NCBI GenBank assembly: GCA_050084985.1
Contig: JBITNC010000001.1
Span: forward strand, 2,108,001 to 2,172,000
Origin: Nageia nagi
Taxonomy: Eukaryota > Plantae > Pinophyta
DNA length: 64,000 bases
Reading direction: 5' to 3'
Position 1 is the first letter of the stretch; each line of letters begins with the position of its first letter. The translations under genes and the position numbers were made by a program. The notes below the pieces were generated by a model that worked only from the letters and a program-made list of their open reading frames with translations, was not told the DNA's origin and made no database searches. Below, one piece after another: positions 40,770 to 53,130 of this stretch.

Positions 40770-42330
40770 CCAAAAATCAAGTTTAGGTGCTTGGGACCAA
40801 GGAAAACATAATTGCAAACACGTTTAGGTCTCAATATTTTCGATTTTGAGCACATTTGGGCAGTCCAAAGGCTAGGTGCAAGTTTTGAGAGCTATGGAAA
40901 TCCAATGAGGTGAAAAATGGCACCTAGGATCAAGGAATTTGATAAATTTTGGTCAAAAATCAAGTTTGAGGGGTCTACAAGGTGTAAATGTGATTTCCAG
41001 CACATTTAAGTCTTGAAAAATTTGAAAATGAGCAAGTTTTGACCCTCTAAAGGCTAGGCACAGGTTTGCAAATGTTTTTAATTCCATAGAGATGAAAAAT
41101 GGTGCCTAACTTGGGACCAAGGAAAACATAATTGCAAACACGTTTAGGTCTCAATATTTTCGATTTTGAGCACATTTGGGCAGTCCAAAGGCTAGGTGCA
41201 AGTTTTGAGAGCTATGGAAATCCAATGAGGTGAAAAATGGCACCTAGGATCAAGGAATTTGATAAATTTTGGTCAAAAATCAAGTTTGAGGGGTCTACAA
41301 GGTGTAAATTGTGATTTCCAGCACATTTAAGTCTTGAAAAATTTGAAAATGAGCAAGTTTTGACCCTCTAAAGGCTAGGCACAGGTTTGCAAATGTTTTT
41401 AATTCCATAGAGATGAAAAATGGTGCCTAACTTGGAGTGATAAGTAAAAAATTCATAAAAAATTGATCCCAAGGTGTCAATTGCATGGAAAACCCCATTT
41501 TGAGCACATTTAGAACTATAAAATTCAAATTTTGAGTAATGGAAAGGCACCTAAAGGCTAGGCGCAGGTTTTCATCCCATTGGAAATCCAATGGAGGGAA
41601 ATCTAGCACCTAAGATGGAAATATTTTATAAATTTTGCTCAAAACTTAAGTATGAAGGGTCCATTGGGTCAAAAACATCATTTCAAGCATGTTTAAACTT
41701 GCAAAATTTGAATTTTAAGCAATTTTGAGGCACCTAAAGGGTAGGCACAGTTTTTAATGTCATTAGGAATCCAATGAAGTGAAATCTAGTGCTTAGAAAT
41801 AAGAATTTTTGAAAATTTGCCTCAAAATCCAAATTTCAAGGGTCAATTGCAAGGAAAACATGATTTCTAGTACATTTAAACTTGCAAATTTCCAAATTTG
41901 AGCAAGGTAAGTGGCCCAAAATCCTAGGCACTAGTTTTCTATTTTTTTTTCAATTCCAATGAGTTGAAAAATGGCACCTAGCATGAGGAGGAATGAAATT
42001 TTTTGCAAAAACTTCAATTTTTTCACATGGTTGCATGAAAAGAGTATTCTAAGCATGTTTAAACTTACAAATGTTTGGAATTGAGCACTAGAAATGCCCC
42101 AAAAAGTCAGGCGCAGGTTTCCAAGCCATTGGAGAACCTAAAAAAGTGAAAATTGGCGCCTAGGTGCAAGGAGAAAGCCCCAAAAGTCATCAAAATTCGA
42201 TTTTGGGCACATAGATGGGTGAAGGAAGTGATTTGAATCACATTTAAACTTTGATTTTTTTCATTTTGACCGAAGGAAGTGCCTCAAAAAGTTAAGTGCA
42301 GGTTTGCAATCCTATGGAGTGTTCAAAGGC
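40440..42330 (+). repeat. 183-bp satellite-like tandem array, ~11 diverged monomers
   Basis: CTAGGYRC anchor near 40506, 40689, 40872, 41054, 41192, 41375, 41558, 41741, 41923, 42107 and 42292. Confidence 0.9.
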
Positions 42331-43051
42331 TCCAAAAACTTAAAAATTATGCAAAGTGCACCCCAAAAGCACTTTTTTAGGTTAAAAACCCATTAAAGAG
42401 CATGAAAAAGGCCCAAAAAACCTATAAATACCCCCTCAAGCATCTCATTTGCTCCACAAACATTCTCCTTGAGCCTCCATGCACCCATTTTTGAGCAAAA
42501 TCCCCACAAAACCCACAAAATTGCTCAAAAACTTCAAAATTGCTCAAAAAACTTCAAAATTGCTCACAAGATCCAAAATAAGCCAAAACCTTGTCAAATT
42601 TTTTCAAGGATCTTAGAATTCCATTCTCTATCCACCCATTAGGTCAAATCCACTTTTTAAAAATTTTCAAAATTTCAGACCCCCATCTTTTGGCCATTTT
42701 CACCATTTTCAAGCTTTTTGAAAAAAAGTTAAAAAAAACACAAAAAATAGTTTTTCAGGGCCAAAAAACTCCAAAATTTTGAGTGATCCAAACTTCGAAG
42801 TGAATACCAAAGTGATAGATCCCATATAGGAGAGCAGCTCCTTCATTCACTTCCCAAAAACGAAGCTTGAAAACCCATTTTACATCCCTATCTTTCCAAG
42901 TTTCGAAGTTGCAAAAACCTGTCAAAAAGCAAATACATGGGCTAAAAAAACGAGTTAATTCGGACCCCGAAAACTCGAAATTTTTCTTCGAAACTTGGCC
43001 ACAAGCCTCCTAGATTTATTTGCCAACACCCCATGTACTTGTTTTCCAATT

Positions 43052-44342
43052 TCAAAAAACGTTCTATCTTGTCAATCTAGGCATCATTTTTCACTCCAAT
43101 GGATTTGGAAACATCTAGAAACTTGCGCCTAGCATTTTGGGGGTCTTTACTTGCTCAAAATAAAAAATTTCGGGACCTAATGTGGCTTAGAACCATCTTT
43201 TCCACTCATTCATGCATTTGGATTTCATTTTTGATGCATTTCCACTTTTTCTTTACTATCTAGGTGTTAAAATGCATCTCTATGGATTTCCCATAGGCTT
43301 GAAAAACTGCCCCTGGCCTTATAGTGCCTTAGACTTGGTCAAAATTGAAAATTTCGAGTCTTTATTGTGATAGAACTCATCTTATCTCTCCGAATACGCT
43401 TTTAGACTCGAATTCCGATACCATTTGCATTTATCTATAAGAAACTTGCACCATTTTTCCCTTACACAGATCTTTAGTACGTTGGGAAAACGTGCTTGGG
43501 GCTAAGACTACTCAAACTTGCATTTTCAAACCATTCTAGACTCATTCTGTGCATTTTCGGCCACTCTCGGCGTCTTCGAGCTCAATCTCAATCAAAATGC
43601 CCTTTATGGCACCTCCAAGCTCAAACTCTGCATTTTCGAGCTCAAACGGTGCAAAAATGACCATTTCTGCCTTTTTGGGCTCAAAGTTGTCATTTTTTGT
43701 CATTTCCGGCCTTTTCGGACTCAAATCGTGCAAAACGCACCTTTTTTACCATATGACCATTTCTGGGCTCAAAAGTGACTAAAATGTGCTTTTCTACCTT
43801 ACTTGCCCTTTTCTAGCTTTTCGGGGTCAACTTTGACAAAAACGTCCATTTTTGTCATCCTTGTCATTTTCAAGACACCCAGACTCAAACTTGACAAAAA
43901 TGTCCATTTTTGTCACCTTGGATACCTTAACACCCAAATTGTGCAAAAATGTGCCTTTCTATTGCGCTAGGTACCTGTGAGCTCAATCTTTGCAAAAACG
44001 TGCCCTTTCGTCAACTCTGTCACTCTTGTGCTCAAATGTTGAAAAATGTGCCCTTTTATGCTTTGTTGGTTGCTTGGTGAAAAACTACTTTCCTGGTCGC
44101 TATCGTGATGCAAAACTACGTCCTTCTTGATGTTGCTTGAAACCAGACTATGAATGGCCTCTGGATGCACTGAACTGATTTGGTGCCTCTGTGGGTACGT
44201 GTATGCACTGCTTCGCCATCTAGCCACGCTGCTGATTCTTCTCTTTGGTAGTTGTCTAGTCATCTCCAGGCAATGTTGTCCATTGCCTTCAAAAAGTAGG
44301 GTCCCCAAAATGCTACATATTGGGTGTGTTTGTGCAGGCACA
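43052..44342 (-). repeat. Right arm of long inverted repeat
   Basis: Reverse complement of 39277-40769. Confidence 0.9.
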
Positions 44343-44386
44343 CAAAGCCTAAGAAGAAAAGCATAGAAATTGGCTAAGTCCAAGGC

Positions 44387-45902
44387 TGATCGCATGGTAC
44401 AGGAAAGTCACTCATCCATCTTTGAGGAATGGTGCGACCACCCTTCAAGCGGATTTCAGCCCCTAAAAATGACTAAGTCCTCAAAATTTTTCATCTTCAG
44501 GGTGTTTGCATGATTTCAAAAAGTTGCCTTACCATCCTTCAAAAATCCCCTCTTGAAGAAGCAAAGCTGAAAACAAGGAAAATGGTTCATTTGGAAGGTG
44601 TTCGCATGGTTTCAAATAGTTAGAAATCCATCTTTCTCCAATCATGTGACCACCCCTTTTGAATGGTTCGGGAGCACAAAATTGGCTAAGTGTTCGAAAT
44701 TCCTCTTCAAAGGGCATTCACACAATTCAAAAAAGTTGCAAATCCATCTTTTTGTAATCTCCCAATCAGCCTCACTTGAACATTGCACTTGCCTTAGTCA
44801 CATTCGGCCTTCACCTTGGCCGTACAGACGAGGACACCTGGCAGATGAGGCTAGTATATAAGGAAGGAGCCACCTAGTTCATTTGTTCACTCAGTTTGCA
44901 GATCCAAGGGTGTTTGCACAATTTCAAAAAGTCACCTTTTCATCTTTCAAAAACCATGCGACCACCCGCTTTTCAGGATTTTTATGCTCTAAATTGGCTA
45001 AGTGTTGAGTTAAGGGGCTCCCTAGAGGCGTTCGCATGATTTCAAAACATTGCAAAATCATCTTTGGCAAAGCATGTGACCACCCCTCTAGACGTTGAGC
45101 ATGCATCAAGGGAGTTTGTCTCAGGCTCGTTCGACCTTCACTCTAACCAGTCTAGTGTAGACACCTGTCAAGCAAGAAACTATAAAAGCAAGAACAAGCA
45201 CTTATTTGGACCAAGTTAGATTTGGCATCCAAAGTGGTCGCATGGTTCAGGAAAGTTAGAATTGCTTCTTTTGCAAAAGGCCCGACCACTCCCTTGCACT
45301 TCCAAAAATCGGCTAAGTGTTAGCCCAAAGTACTTAAGGAGTGTTCACATGATTTTGGCAAGTCATAATGGCATCTTTTGGAAGACATGCGACCACCCCT
45401 TCTTTGCATCCAGGCTCAATTCAAGTGATTGTATGGTTTTGAGAAGTCACCTTTGCATCTTTTGGAGGATGTGCTATCACCCTCTTAGCCACATTTTGGG
45501 ACCAAGTTTGGCACCTCATCTTGTTCGTCCCTGGTCGCATGTTCTCACAAAGTTACAATTACATCATTTTGAGAGCTAGTGACCACTCTCCTCCTCTTGC
45601 ATGGAAAAGGACACTTGTTGAAGAACTTGTTTTCTCTCCAAGACGTTGCCACTTGGCAATTTTGAAGCACTTATAAAAGAAAGAAGAGGGGATGACTTAG
45701 TTAGATTTGGTACTTCATTACTAGTCGCACGGTTTTGTCAAGTCACATCTCCATCATCCCAAAGATGTGCGACCACCTTCTTGCATTAACATTGATACCT
45801 CGTGTTTTGTTGCACTTATTGCACCTTGCATTAACTCATTTTTGCATTTGGTCGTGTGGTCCCTAGGAGATAGATGTCCATCATTCTCAATGGACGCGAC
45901 CA
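44387..45902 (+). repeat. Irregular array of TGGTCGC-N40-GCGACCA dyad modules
   Basis: Clear modules start at 44387, 44599, 45235, 45532, 45722 and 45849, with further degenerate copies between them. Confidence 0.8.
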
Positions 45903-46578
45903 CCTTTTGCATTAATCAAGTAAAATTTTGCTGCATGGCCATTTGAGTAGTAATTGCATTTTGTCCTATGTGGGTCCATGCATACTTTAAGTCTTTTTGT
46001 TTTGTCTTAGTTGAACCTTCCATTTTGTCACGTTGCATGAAGTCAACTTTTTGTGGTCGCATCATTTGCCCAAGATAGGAAGCAACATTTCGATTTGGTG
46101 CGATTAGGTCCATGAGCATTTGCATTTAGAAAGGGGCCCACCAGCTAGTCGACATAGATGCATTCATGCATTGAAGTCATATCATAAACAATGTTGCATG
46201 TGGGAAAGGCCGACGACCTTGTTGTCACAAATATCCATTGTCCAAAGTTCGCATCCATACAAAGGCATACATATCCGCCGGGCATTGCATCCTTCTTGCA
46301 CCACGTCCACTGTCTGTTGAGTCCAGTTGCTACTAACTTGGTTTGCTTGTGTAGGTTCGAAATGGCAAAGATAAATACCAAACTAGGAAGACCAGAGATT
46401 TGCAATTGGCCAGGTTGACTGACTGGAGTTAGATAGAATTTGTGAAGGAGAATCTTGAGAATCCTTTGAAACAAGCTAAATTCAAAAATATTTTCATCAA
46501 CATTCAAGCTACCAACTGGTCACATACTGACCCAATTCGGACACTCCAAGCCATTGGGGAGTTAGATAAGGTCTAGAT

Positions 46579-49500
46579 CTAGCATACAAGGTACATGTGG
46601 GACCCACACGTACCATGTACCGTATGTACGAGGTAAATGGGTACGCGCACCGAACGTGGTACGCGCAGTTGCGTACCAGGCTGCGTACCATGTGCATATC
46701 GGCTGGTGGCCTCCAAATGCCTCAAAAAAATTAAAAAAAACTTACCTTTTTTGCCACTTAAGTCTGCCCTCTCTCATTTCTAACACTCAAACACTCTCTC
46801 ACTCACACTCAGCTCTCAAGTTTCAAGGGTTTTAGCATTCTAGGATTAAGCATTGGCCATTTGAGCAAAGGGGAAAAGGCAAGGAATTCACATGGATAGC
46901 TCCTCTCAAGAGGCTTCTTCCAGGCAAAGGGGAAAAGGCAAAGCACCAGCAAGAAGAGCTTCTACTCATGCATCAGCTATTGAAAATCAACAAGTTGAAG
47001 CAGAAGAAGGGAATAAAACCCCATTGTGGAGGTATGTGACAATTGAAAAACAAAAGACACATGCCCATTCCAATGCCACATGGGTTTGCAATTTTTCTAA
47101 AAAGAATTACAGTGGCAGTTATTCAAAGGTGAGATTTCATCTATTGAAAATCTCTGGACATGGGATTATTGCTTGTCCTGTTATCTCATCCAACTAGTTG
47201 TTTGGATTGCAAAATGAAGAGAAGAAGGTTTAGGAAGCTGTGGCCGCTCGTAAGACACCAATGGTTGACCCAATGGTCAAGTCTCAAGACATGAATCTGA
47301 ACTAGAAACACCAATATCACATCTGGTCGAAAAAGAACAGCTGTTGGCTGTAGCATGGATAAGATGTTTCAAAGAGAGTTGAAGGAGGAAATTGACCTCC
47401 TTGTTGGTATGTATCACTATGGTAATTGTCTTTCTTTCAATACTGCATGTTCCCCCTTTTTTTTAGAAATGGTGAAGGGGTTAGTTCAGCGTGCACCATC
47501 CAGTTATGTTCCTCCCAACTCTAATACATTGAGGACCACCATTTTGGATAAAGCTAAGAGGAGGGTACAAGAAGAATTGGAAACCATTAAGGCAACTTGG
47601 CCACAATCAGGAGTGAGCATAGTATCAGATGGGTGGACTGATCCAACTCACCATCCATTGATTAATTTCATTGTGTCATCTCCCAATGGTCCAGTTTTCA
47701 TCAAATGTGTGAATGCTATAGGAAAATACAAAGACCGTGCATACTTAGGTACTTTTGATTCTTTGAACAAAATCTAGACTAGTCACTAACTCACTATACT
47801 TAATTTAAATTAATAGTTACTAATAGTTATTTATATTTTCTTTTCTATATTCCATCTTTTCAATTGTTGTATAATTATGTAGTGATGCACTATGTAGGTG
47901 AATTATTTATCAACATTGTTGAGCAAGTGGGAGTTGATAACATTTTGCAGCTGATTACTGATAATTCATCTGTTTGTAAGACAGTAGGGATGATTTTAGA
48001 GACTAAGTACCCTAGTGTATTTTGGACACCATGCATAGTGCATAGTCTAAACCTTGCACTAAAATCAATTGCATATGACTTGCCTTGGATGTCTAAAATA
48101 ATTGAGGATGCAAAATTGATAAAGAATTTTGTACAAAATCATACACATGCACTCACCTCCTATCGCAAACATAGCCACCTTTCCCTTCTTAGAGTGGCAG
48201 ACACTCGTTTTGCTTCCTCTTTTATCATGTTAAAGAGGATAAAGGAAGTGAGAAAAGCATTAGAGGCGATGGTTATTGATGAGATGTGGACTTTCTGGAG
48301 AAAGATTGAACACATCCAAGGAGATCAAGGAGCTTGTGGTTGATGACACATGGCGGGAGAGGATAGACTTCACCTTGCTCATTGTTGAGCCAATCATATC
48401 TTTACTTCGTTTTGCTGATTCAGATGCTGCTATTCTTGGTGACGTTTATGAGGCATGGGATAGTGTCATTGAAAAGGTAAAACATCTAGTTTATGAGTAT
48501 GCTTCATTGGCAACTAATATTGCTAATGCTTCTGTTGATGAGATCTATTCAGCTATTAGCAGCACCCTTTTTAATAGATGTGAGAAAAATTGTACACCAC
48601 TTCATTGCTTAGCACACTTATTGAATCCCAAATACTATAGTGATGAATGGCTGAATTCTACTTCTAGTCCTAGTCAATGCTTCCCTCCACACATGGATAA
48701 GGAGGCTTCAGATGGTAGGAAGATAGCCTTCAAGTGGTTGTTTCCTGATCAAGGTACATTGGATACGATTGAGGAGGCATTTGTTGAGTTCTCTACAGGT
48801 ATAGGCAGATTTGGTTGTTATGATATCATCAGGGATAGGGGTTCGAAGAAGCCCCATACATTTTGGGCATTGCATGGATCATCATGTCCCCCTTTGCTAC
48901 AGTTAGCCCTACGACTTCTATCACAAGTGAGCTCATCCTCTTGCTGTGAGAGGAATTGGAGTACATACTCCAAGATGCATAGTGTTGAGCGTAGCAAACT
49001 TGATCAGAAGAGGGCAGCAGATTTGGTGTATGTTCACACCAATCTTCGTCTTTTATACAGGCAGAGGCAGGAGTATCAGAGGGGTCGTACCAAATTGTGG
49101 GATGTGCTACCAGATGAGATGGCATTGGACAACTCATTTGAGTTGCAATTAGCCAATCTAGATATTGATGCACCATCTTTAGAGCCAGTGACATTTGATG
49201 ATGATACTATTGGATCATCAACTTCAGTTGCATCCAGTATGGATCAGGATGACTACCTAGAGTCAAAGCTGGCAGGAGAGCATGGCGGTTACAACCATAA
49301 GGGGGAGGATATTGATGCCTTTGGCGTTGATGATTTTGATACAGACTATTTTCCTACTAGAGAGTAGACTAGAGACAATATTTGATTTTGTTCATGTTTT
49401 GAGACAGTTAGACAAACTATTTTTTTGTTGTTTTACTTGTAAAGCCTCATCTGTAAAGGCTTATTTTGGATATTGCATCATGTTATAGTTATACTTATCA

Positions 49501-49763
49501 TGTATGGGCATTGGGAGTTAATATAGACTCTAGACATGGTTTTCCTGCTAAAATGTTATTTTAATTTATGTGCATGAGTGTATCTAATATCAATTATCAT
49601 CTTATTTTTTGCAAATTGCAAGTTAATATAGTATTTTAGAATATATATATATATAATAATAATGTATATGTCGTACCAATGTATTGAATTTGCAGCACCC
49701 AACGTACCACGTATTGGGTATGCGTATTTGCATACCGACATACCACCGTACCATGTGATCTAG
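46579..49763 (+). mobile_element. hAT DNA transposon, full length (3185 bp)
   Basis: TSD GTCTAGAT (46571-46578) / GTTTAGAT (49764-49771); imperfect TIRs CTAGCATACAAGGTAC vs CTAGATCACATGGTAC; CGTAC subterminal repeats at both ends. Confidence 0.92.
46892..49367 (+). pseudogene. hAT transposase (BED finger, DUF659 core, hATC dimerisation domain), intron 47749-47897
   Basis: TPLWRYV..WVCNF..RFHLL; GVSIVSDGWTD; FWTPCIVHSLNLAL; DTRFAS; RLLSQVSSSSCCERNWS; DLVYVHTNLRL. Stops at 47195 and 47231; frameshifts near 47330 and 48310. Confidence 0.93.
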
Positions 49764-51070
49764 GTTTAGATCCTAAAAGAAGTGGTATGCACGTCCGAAC
49801 TAGCTACTGCCACCCCAATTCCCTTTGTTGTTCCTTTTCCCGAGCTATTCTATGAAGTAGGTAGGCATTCCAACTTCAAAGATCGAGCCCTTTACAACAC
49901 CGATGGCAATAAGATCCTTGATTTCTCTCCACATGGGATTGAGGAAGCCTTCAAATGGGGTAACGAGGGGGTTGTTTATACGGAGAAAGATTCCTTGGAA
50001 TACGGGGAATAAGTTGTTGAATGCAAAAAGGCAACACTTGAGATATAAGAATTTTATTTAACCTTTAAAATGAAAAAAATGATTTTTTTTCCTTCAAGTA
50101 GCCAAAATTAATGCTTTAATCCCCTTTTTTAATGAATCAACCAAGAGAATTAGCAAAATAATATCCCAATGATATGAAAAAAAAAGAGCAGTAGAATAAT
50201 AATATCACCATATAATATCAAATAAAGAATGTCTCATGATAGCCAAATCTAGAATACCAAGAATAGAAATCCAAGGATGATGGCTTGCACCATTTTAAGG
50301 GGGTGAACCTTCTAGTCACTTTGAGGGGGAAACTTTCAAATATTGCAATTGAGCAATTATGATTTTTCAATGATGATATGATGCCTATGGGTATAACCCA
50401 TGCTCCTATTTAAATTTAGCTATTGCACTAATCTCTTTGACCTATAGCTAACTTGTAATGAATTATATAGTTATGTGGGGTCATAACCATAGTATAGTAA
50501 TTCGCAGAATTTGATGAATATGTTCCGAATTTGACAAATTTGAAGGCTTGCCGAATTTTTCCCAAACATTTGTCGAATTTTTGTCCCCAAATTTATCTTA
50601 CAAATTCATCTAAAATTTGCCAAATTTGGGAAAAGATCGTCATTTTGGTCTACGATGTCATCATTGAAAATTTGTCCAATTCACCAAATAATTCAGGAAA
50701 TATTTATCTAATTTGGCTCGAATTCACCAAATGACAGAAGCAGACCTCTTTTTTGTCTTAACCGATTTTTTTAATGAAAAATTCACGAGTTTGCAAATAT
50801 TCAGGAAAAAGTTGATGAGTTTGCTGCGAATTCATGGAGGGACAAGGATCGCAAAAGAAAAAGGGAAAAAGAAAAATTCGAGTCTCTAATTTTTCATTTT
50901 TGTTGTACAGGTCTTGGGAGAAGATAGTGTGAAGTTGGAGGAGGGTTTTGTGCAAGCAAAGAGGTTTTCTTGATTTGGAGACTATATTTGTCCATCCACT
51001 GTGATCATTTGTGACTGTCCACCGTGGAAGAAGATTCTTGTAGTTGTATTCCATATTTTTCTCATTTTCA

Positions 51071-53130
51071 CCTCGGAAATGCTCGAAAGTGATCGTTTTT
51101 CACACTTAAGGCCCGGAAATGATCGTTTTTTCACACTTAAGGCCTGGAAATGGGTGGAAATGAATACTTTGAGCTTGGAAATGCCGGAAATGATGAGTTT
51201 GAGCTTGAAGGTGTTGGAAAGGTTGTTTTGATCGAGTGTAAGCTCGGAAACACTAGAAGTGGTTGGAAATGCACAGATTGAGTCCAGGATGGATTGAAAA
51301 TGCGAGTTTGAGTACCCCTAGCGCCAGACACATTTTCCCAAGGTATTGAAGACCCAAATGAGAGGAAAGTGGTGCATGTTTTTCAAAGATAAATGCAAAT
51401 AGTGTCGGATTTCAAGTCTAAGAGCGTCATTGGAGAGATAAGGTGAATTCTATCACAAGTAGGACTTGAAATTTTCGATTTTGACCAAGTCTAAGGCACT
51501 CAAATCCTAGGCGTAGTTTTTCAAGCCTATGGGAAATCCATAGAGATGATTTTTGGCACTTAAATTGTGGAGGAAAAGTGGAAATGCATTGGAATTCAAA
51601 TGTAAATGCATAGGTGGATGGAAAAGGTGATTCTAAGGCACTTTAGGTCTTCAATTTTTCACATTTGAGCAAGTTTAGACCCCTAGAAAGCTAGGCGCAG
51701 TTTTTCTAATTTTTCCAATTCCAATGGAGTGAAAATGGTGCCTAGTATGAAAAAAATTGATAAATTTTGGTCAAAACACAAGTTTGAGGGGTTCATTGGG
51801 TGCAAAATGGCATTTTGAGCACATTCAGGTCTTGAAAAAATTGAATTTGAGCAAGTTTTGGGCACCAAAATGCTAGGCGCAATTTTCCATAATTTTCAAA
51901 ATTCATAGAGGTGAAAAATGGTGCCTAACTTGGAGAGATAAGTGCAAAACTCATTACAAAATGATTCCAAGTTGTCCATTAGATGAAAAACATCATTTCT
52001 GGCACATTTAAACTTGCAATTTTTCGATTTTGAGCAAGGAGAGTGGCCCATATTCCTAGGCATAGGTTTGCAAGGCTATCGAAATCCAATGGTTGAATTT
52101 TGGCGCCTAGCATGAGGAAAAAAGATAAATTTTGTCCAAAACTCAAGTTTGAAGGTTTGTGAGCAAGGAAAAGGGCATTTCAAGAAGGTTTAGGTCTACA
52201 AAATTTTTCTTTTAAGCAAGGGAAATGCAAATTCCAATGGAGTGTTTTTTGGTGCCTAAGTCAAGGAGGAAGATGGATTTTTGGTCAAAAACCAAATTTG
52301 AAGACATAAATGATAAAAGACCCCATTCCAAGCACATTTAAATTTGCAAATTTTCATTTTTGAGCAAGTTTGGGGGCTTCAATATCTAGGCACAGGTTTT
52401 TGGGTTGTTTGGAGATCCGTAGGATTGAATTTTGGCGCCTTGACAAATTTTGATCAAAACTCAAGTTTGAGCACTTCATTACAAGGAAATGGGCATTTTG
52501 GACATATTTAACATTTGAAAATTTTGATTTTGAGCCATGGAAACCCCTAAAAAAGGAAGGCATAGTTTTTCAGCCCATTGGAAATCCATACCAATGAAAA
52601 CTCGCGCCTACCTTGAGGAGGATTTATAAATTTTGCTCAAAATTCGAACATTTTGCCTTCATTGCATGGAGAATGACATTTTAAGCATCTTTAAACTTTG
52701 AAATTTTTGAATTTGAGCAAGTTTGAGTGCTCAAAAATGTAGGAGACATTTTTCATTCCTATGGAAATTTTCACTTTTTTCTACCAAAAAAATCCATAGC
52801 ATGAAAATTGAAAATTTTGCCAAAAACTTCAAATTTTTCTCAAAACCTTTTAAAAGCCCCAAAACCTCTCAAAACTTGCCAAGTACCTTGTAATCCTATC
52901 CTCCATCCATCCATGAGCTCAAATCCACTTCTTAAATTTTTTTCTAATTTTCGGACCCCCCTGTTTTTTTCGAAAAATAGACCAAAAAATTTACTTTTTT
53001 CAAAAAATTCTCAAAATTCCTTGAAAATTTGCCACAATGATCACATCATAGGCAAATCCAGATTCAAAGAAAGGAGCTCAAAAGACTATTAGAAGGATTC
53101 AGAACAAGGATTTGAAGCCTCAATTTTTGC
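51071..53130 (+). repeat. Third copy of the 183-bp-array-bearing repeat, inside hAT 2
   Basis: Collinear with ~39950-42850; anchors near 51507, 51691, 51873 and 52056. Ends approximate; no TSD seen. Confidence 0.85.

Larger units (their letters stand above)
46361..50012 (+). pseudogene. Retrotransposon accessory-type ORF fragment split by a hAT insertion (46361-46578 plus 49772-50012)
   Basis: Removing the hAT and one TSD copy gives the in-frame ...LQAIGELDKV*ILKEVVCTSELATATPIPFVVPFPELFYEVGRHSNFKDRALYNTDGNKILDFSP. Confidence 0.6.

Noticed and set aside
40221-42330. CRISPR-like array
   Set aside because: The repeats are tandem monomers whose spacers are homologous to each other, the context is eukaryotic, and there are no cas genes.
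39277-44342. Mutator/MULE with long TIRs
   Set aside because: No 9-bp TSD, the two flanks are unrelated, there is no transposase, and the third copy runs through arm and loop as one unit.
39273-44861. Cluster of short overlapping ORFs in the repeat arms
   Set aside because: No recognisable domains, frames not conserved between the two arms, consistent with chance ORFs in repeats.
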